The notes under the pieces were generated by a model that saw nothing but the letters and a program-made list of their open reading frames with translations, ran no database searches and had not been told where the DNA came from. A stretch of DNA of 63,032 nucleotides, counting the filler, from Olpidium bornovanus S191 (lineage: Eukaryota; Fungi; Olpidiomycota): NCBI GenBank assembly GCA_017911155.1. It is 31 parts of 31 records of this genome, joined end to end, with 100 filler letters (N's around TTAATTAATTAA, not from the genome) between each part and the next. Parts side by side here need not be neighbours in the genome. Positions count along the whole stretch, not along the records: positions 57,324 to 58,839 come from JAEFCI010012557.1; positions 58,940 to 61,833 come from JAEFCI010001217.1; positions 61,934 to 63,032 come from JAEFCI010011160.1; 28 more parts are not named here. One strand, given 5' to 3'. The position numbers and the translations under genes were made by a program. The stretch's first letter is position 1; each line of letters opens with the position of its first letter. Of the stretch, positions 57,459-63,032 are shown piece after piece.

Positions 57459-58224
57459 AAACGCGGTCCGTTTGCATAGCCGCCTACCAAACACAACAGC
57501 GACCATAGTACGCTGATCCCGCTAGCGGCGTAGAGGAAGTACACGACTACGTCGACAGCAACAGAAAAAGGTTCAGAAGCCTTTAAGTCTGGAATGCAGT
57601 CGGTACCGTCCTCACCGACCACACACCTGTTTCCGCCTCGTACGGCGGCGTCGACCGACCAGAAGCGGGGCCGGCCGATGCCAAAAGGGCGAACGACGCG
57701 CTGCTGAAGAAGAACTGCAGAAAGCGCAAGACAAAGCGGCGGCGCCTGCCGGCAGTGCTCTCCCTTGTGTCCTTGCTCGCGGCACCAGCGGACGACGGGG
57801 CGACGGTGGAAGAGGCGGGAGCGGCCCTTTCGCCCACCTTGGGACGGGCGACGTCCGATCCCGCCTTGCGGCCCCACCATCGCCGCCCCTCCTCGGGGTT
57901 CGGCGCGGGCGGCTGGGTCACGGACGAGCTCGCGGGGGAGTAGCCGGCGACCTCGGACGACGAACCCCAAGCGTTGGTGCTCTTCCGGGCGGCCGACGAG
58001 GACAGAACGGTCGACCAAGGATTGCCGCCGGACGTGTCGGCGGGCGGCGGCGGGGCGAGGGCGCCGGCCGAGTAAGGGTTGTCGGCGACGGGTGCGACAG
58101 GGGCGAGCGAGGCGGGCGACACCGCAGGCCCCGTCGACTTCGCAGCGTGGAGAGGAGCGGCCCCGCCCGCGGCCCAGGCGGGAACGCCCCCCTTTGAGGG
58201 CGTGCTATCCCAGGCGCCTGACAT
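57459..58224 (-). CDS. MARVEL/CASP-like membrane-associating domain protein with a disordered N-terminus, 5' part
   Basis: ATG 58224; RRFVLRFLQFFFSSASFALLASAGPASG...PPYEAET then a phase-1 intron to VVYFLYAASGISVLWSLLCL. Confidence 0.55.
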
Positions 58225-58388
58225 CAAGTCCGTGCGGAGGGCGGCCGTGTCGCGTCCCGCGGTTGAATCTGGAGCCCGCCTTTTCCAGGGCCAAGTCGAC
58301 GTCGCGGCGGCGGCGGCGGCGGGCGCGGGGGCGGGAGGGAGGGAGGGAGGGAAGAGACTGCGAGTTTGTAACGACTTCAGATTTTTTC

Positions 58389-58420
<32 letters not shown>

Positions 58421-58939
58421 CCTGGCTTTTCGCTCTTCCTCTCGGCTCGGCCCATCCCGCTCTGCCACCCACGCCGGAAACGGCGGTCTCTTCTCAATTT
58501 GCTTCGCAGCGAAGCCGCGCTCGCTCGGCGTGCCGCAGAAGCTGAGCCCAGCGTCGCCTTCCTTCCGAAGACCAGGCGTGGTTTTATTCAGAGGCGCCGT
58601 GGGCCCAAGCCGCGCTCCGTATGCCCCACGGCCGTTTCGTCGGTCGGTGTCTCAGTGCGGCGGGACTCGGCTGTTTCCGCCGCACCTCCGCAGCCACCCG
58701 TGTTGGCGCGTTTTGCTTTTTTGGGCGGACGCGAGCCCACAGAGGGCCGCTGGTCCGACGCCCGGCAGGATACGTTGAACGGGTCATTCCCTCCGCAAAA
58801 TTGCTTCCTGGCGGGCGCGGCCGCAAGCACAGCTACATGNNNNNNNNNNNNNNNNNNNNNNNNNNNNNNNNNNNNNNNNNNNNTTAATTAATTAANNNNN
58901 NNNNNNNNNNNNNNNNNNNNNNNNNNNNNNNNNNNNNNN

Positions 58940-61049
58940 CATGGAACCTTTTGGGCAGCGGCGGACCTCAAATTCGATTCATCTTCAACCAGGGGGCGTA
59001 TTTGTTGGTCAACAAGCTAGTGTCGAAGAGAAGCGTGGACGCATTTTGGAAAACCAGGAGCCGCAAAAACGCGTGCGAGTAGCTTCCAAGCCTGAAGAGA
59101 AAGAAACTAAATCGGCGCCTAAGCCGATCTTCAAGTTCCCACCGCATTCTGGGGGTGAAACTCGTCAAGTTGCACCGACGGCAACCGCTTCCAAGGACGA
59201 TGTCGCAAATGCCCAACAACCCACCGGGAATTCCAAAACTGGGAACGCAAAGGCCAAGGCCAAAATTGGTGAGAAAGACGTCGGAGTGCCTGGCAACAAG
59301 GGAAAGCTACAGGCTCGAATTCAACAGGCCGACCCGGAAGCTCTTGACGTTGATGCTGTTCTTGGAGCGAAAGTCGTTCTGGACGTTAAAACTTTCATGC
59401 GCCCCTTCAATCATACGAGCGGTTGGACAGCAGTTCCAATTCCGGCGAAGTGGCGTCAATTTTATCGCTGGAGAAGAGAAAGATGTGGATTGTTCGGAGG
59501 TTCAACATGACGAATTACCGTCATCCATTAAAGGAGGGTGTTGGAGCCGTAAGTGTCCCAAAGTTGAGGTTTTCATTCCCAGACTTGGACGTTCGATTAC
59601 TGGCTTGATTGGCAGTGGCTCAGAGATCACGGTCATCGAGAGCTGGGTCGTCCGAGAGGCTGGCCTTGCCTACGACCCGCGACTTGGATGGACAATGGTT
59701 ACATCTGTTGGCGAAATGTGCTTGTCGGTGTGTGTCAAAACATGGAGCTTGTCGTCACGAATATTCCGAGTCGGCACAATGTTTTCATGCAGGACCAGCT
59801 TGGGTACAATATCATTCTGGGCCAGCCATGGCATGTAGCTGTTAAGTGTCGCCAGCATTGCCGTGAGGACGGAACCGAAGTTGTCACTATTACTGATTCA
59901 CGCATGGATAAAGAGATGGAAGTGATGGTTGTTCGGCCCGGGGCTTGTCGATGTCAGGGGTCTCTCCGACACTCGCCCTCTCTGTCGGGTCCACGTCGGG
60001 TCAAGATGAACGATACTCAAGGGAAGCTCGACGGGTCGAACAAAGGAGAGTTAGTTGTCGACGACTTTAGGGACAGGGATTTTTGGCAACGGCAGTCGAC
60101 CTAGAAGAGTCGGCTGCCAAAGACTTTACTTCCTCTGAAGCAGAACTGACAACGGAACGAGCACGCGCGCGAGTCTTTCGATTGGCGTTGCGCCCATCCC
60201 TCTTCGTTGCGGTCTGTTCAACGATTCAAAACCCTCGTGGCGCGTGGTGTCGTTGGATTCGCCGCATTATGACGAAGAATCTGAGAAATGGATTGTTAGA
60301 GGAGTTCGTGCTGCCACAAACGATTTTTACAGAGTTTTCGACTCAGACACCTCTGGAGGGTCTTTCTCGAGCAGTTGCCCGAGCTTCGCTTTTCCATGCT
60401 GATGAGTTCGAATTGGAATCGCTTGGAGCGTTTCTGGAATTGCGACAGGCAGTTTCGGAGTTGAAACGCCAAAGGCAACGAAGGTTGGTTTCTGATTATC
60501 CGGCGAGGGTCAACATGTTATATAAGACGGTGGACAAGAAGGTCCGCCCGGCTGCAGTTGAATTACCCCCGGATGCTTGGGCCCGAATTCAACACGCGCG
60601 ATTAGAGCCGCGACTGCATGATAAGGGGGCGATTGAACATGAGTTCACGGAGGAGTCGCTGCAAGCAATCAAGATCAATCAAGGCGAATTCGGGATGCTG
60701 ACACCAGAAGAAGAGAGTTCCGGGCGATGGTTCGACGACATCGACGAGCTTTCTCCTTCGACAAGTCCTGTGCCAATCTTTTAGTTGTCCCACCAATGGT
60801 TATCTTTACCGTGCCGCACGTTCCATGGAACTTGAAACCGATACCGGTACCACGTGCTCATTTTTCCCAACTCCTCAAGCTTCTTCAAGATTGACTGCAA
60901 GAACGGGTCATCGAGCGCGGAAGTGGCCCGTATGCTAACAGATGGTTCAGTCCCGAAGAAAGACGGCAAACTGCGCTTTAGTCAGGATTTACAACCTGCG
61001 AATAAAGTGATGATTCGCGATGCGGGTGTCGGCCCTTTATTGGAGGAAT
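58940..61049 (+). mobile_element. Degenerate Ty3/gypsy gag-pol: end of gag, aspartic protease, start of RT
   Basis: ITGLIGSGSEITVI (catalytic D replaced by G); YNIILGQPW; YKTVDKKVRPAAVELP; PMVIFTVPHVPWNLKPIPVP; GPYANRWF; PKKDGKLRFSQDLQPANKVMIRDAGVGP; several stops and frameshifts. Confidence 0.9.
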
Positions 61050-61727
61050 GGAAAGGTCCTTGGGAAGGTCCTTGGGCAGGTCCATGGTGTACGGCGGTAA
61101 CGGCGCGATGGGTGCCTGAGGGCGGCGGAGATGGCGCGGCGGGCGGCTGGAAGCGGCGTAGGCGGCACGGCAGGTGGCCGGTGGCGGCGGAGATGGCGCG
61201 GCGGGCGGCAGGAAGCGGCGTAGACGGCGCGGCGAGCGGATGCAGGCGGCGCAGTGGTGGCCGGAGGCGGCGGAGTAGCGTAGAGGTGGCCGGAGGCGGC
61301 GGAGATGGCGCGGAGGCGGCCGGAGGCGGCGGACGCGGCGCGGCGAGCGGATGCAGGCGGCGCAGAGGGCGCGGCGGGCGGCCGAAGGCGGCGAAATCGG
61401 CGCGGCAGGCGGATGCAGGCGGCGCAGACGGCGCGGCGGGTGGATGCAGGCGGCGCGGACGGCGCGGCAAGCGGCCCAAGGCGGTGGAAGCGGCGCGGTG
61501 AGCGGATGCGGGCAGCGCAGACGGCGCGGCGGGTGAAAGGCGTTTGTTTGTTGTGGTGTTTGTTCGGGTGAGGGCGAAGCGTGGATTCGCCTGTGGGCAC
61601 GGTCCCCGGAGGGGTTTCTATACCCCCCGGGAAGCCGTCCAGCCCACCGAGGCGGGCGCTTCGATGTGCCCCGTCCAGCCCACCGGGGCGGGCGGTTCGT
61701 TGGGCACGTCGAAGCGAAGTTGTTACA
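61050..61727 (-). mobile_element. Probable LTR-like 5' end with a GC-rich tandem-repeat leader, joined in opposite orientation to the truncated RT
   Basis: TGTAACAA at 61727, TATAGAAA, repeated CGCCGCCTGCATCCGCTCGCCGCGCC-type units 61100-61520, then ACCATGGAC (MDLPKDLPKDL, 12-bp repeat); no PBS recognised. Confidence 0.45.
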
Positions 61728-61933
61728 AGCGCTACCGAAAGCGCATTGGTATAGGGTCGATACGGGGGATATGTGCGCTACGGGAAGCGCGTCAGTTATC
61801 ACCAGCCAATCCGTCGAAGAGCACTTCAACGGGNNNNNNNNNNNNNNNNNNNNNNNNNNNNNNNNNNNNNNNNNNNNTTAATTAATTAANNNNNNNNNNN
61901 NNNNNNNNNNNNNNNNNNNNNNNNNNNNNNNNN

Positions 61934-63032
61934 CCATGTTCGGCGGGACCCACACCCCGATCTTGGAGAGGAAGTTGCGGGTAAAGACGTCGCAGCCGGT
62001 TATCAGGAACGTGCGGCAGTAGAAGGTGACCTCGCGGCCCACGTTGAAGTTGGTCACGGTGTAGTGCTGCCGAGTCTTGGAGTCGGGCAGCGGGATGCGG
62101 TGCCGGCAAATGAGCACGCCTGTATCCCCCCCCCCGGCCCCACCCCGGATGAGCGTGCTGAAATTATTCTTTTTTTTTTTTTTTTTTTTTTTTTTTGGTC
62201 AATGCGTGTTTCGCGGAGGGGCGAGGCGGTGGGCCCCGCAGGCGGGAAACCCCCCACCCTCCGCCTCCTCCCAATCGACCTGCGCCCGGAACCCTCCTCG
62301 TACCCTGCGGAATCCCGCTGTTCGGCGTCCGGGGTTCGGACACGTGGACCGAATCATCTTCCAAGTAGAAGTAGATGTTGACCCTGCGGGGGGGGGGGGG
62401 AATAGGCGGAAAAACAATTTTAAGCCCTCGAGCAAAAATCAATGAAAAAAAAAGAAAAAAAAGTCAGGACCGCGAAACGCTCGGAGCGTCATCTTCCCCC
62501 GCGCGTTTCGTTCCTTTTCTTTTCTTTTTTTCTGCTTCTTTTTTTTTGTTTGTTTGCTGAATTCTCACTGCCTGACTCGGTACTGCTCCTCCCTGCGCTC
62601 CGTGACTGCTTCCTGGAAGTAGGCGTAAAAGCGCAGGACCTGAAAATTTCTCGATCGAGAGAGCGCAAAAAAAAAAAATAAAAGAACAAAATTGGTTGTC
62701 GGCGTGTGTGCGTCACGGAGGCAATCGCGCCTCCCATTTGAAACGTCGCCCATCTCCGGGCATTTCTTTTTTTGTTTTTTGGCCGCTTCGCTTCAGCCCT
62801 CCTCCTTCCCCTCTGCCCTTTCCCTTCCCTTCCCCCCCTCCTCCTGCCCCTTCCCCCCCCCCCCCCCCCCCCCCCCCCCCCGCCCCCCCCCCCCCCCCCC
62901 CCCCCACATCCCCGCCCTGCGTCTCTGTACCTGGCGGTTGAAGGCGATCCAAGCCGGCACAGCTTCGCCCAGGGAGGTGTCTTTCGGGTAGACTTCGGCG
63001 CTGGTTTTGATCTTCTGTTCGAGCTGCCCCGG
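61934..63032 (-). CDS. EFHC2: EFHC2/RIB72-like DM10-domain axonemal microtubule inner protein, internal part
   Basis: VPAWIAFNRQ|VLRFYAYFQEAVTERREEQYRVR|VNIYFYLEDDSVHVSEPRTPNSGIPQG|LICRHRIPLP...HYTVTNFNVGREVTFYCRTFLITGCDVFTRNFLSKIGV. Confidence 0.88.

Noticed and set aside
1-63032. Gene cluster or operon-like relationships between neighbouring genes (e.g. BRO1 next to dusA, PAK next to nrc-2)
   Set aside because: They lie on different contigs joined arbitrarily; only within-contig adjacency is meaningful
1-63032. rRNA genes or prokaryotic/phage systems (defence islands, toxin-antitoxin, Cas genes)
   Set aside because: No rRNA-like sequence seen; every recognisable host gene is eukaryotic and nearly all are spliced, including the bacterial-type dusA

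Overview
This is not one locus. It is 31 short contigs (about 1-3.5 kb each) joined by 30 artificial 100-nt spacers (N-run + TTAATTAATTAA + N-run, stops in all six frames), so adjacency across spacers means nothing. The DNA is eukaryotic and fungal: GT-AG introns with CTAAC/CTGAC branch sites, and recognisable BRO1, BCP1, POL5, FYV10, WHI3-like, nrc-2-like, DUF1769 and DUF3712 genes. An EFHC2-like DM10 axonemal gene and an EML5/6-like gene point to a flagellated (zoosporic) early-diverging fungus; an Olpidium-like organism is plausible but is my inference only. About 20 partial spliced host genes and several transposon fragments (Ty3/gypsy, Ty1/copia, pogo) are visible. The strongest finding is at 44456-45081: a tandem-array miniature LTR retrotransposon (TRIM). 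Its ~132-bp TGTTG...CAACA LTRs each carry a full tRNA-like cloverleaf (anticodon GGG) with a Pol III TTTT terminator, and are separated by a half-tRNA-iMet primer-binding site (PBS) and a polypurine tract (PPT). The same PBS occurs in three other LTR-element contexts in the window. Also notable: an in-frame gag/GSK3-kinase junction, a bacterial-type DusA with a likely mitochondrial presequence, a double-CRIB PAK with an N-terminal lipidation motif, and strong enrichment of CATG at contig ends. All family calls are by motif recognition without database searches.
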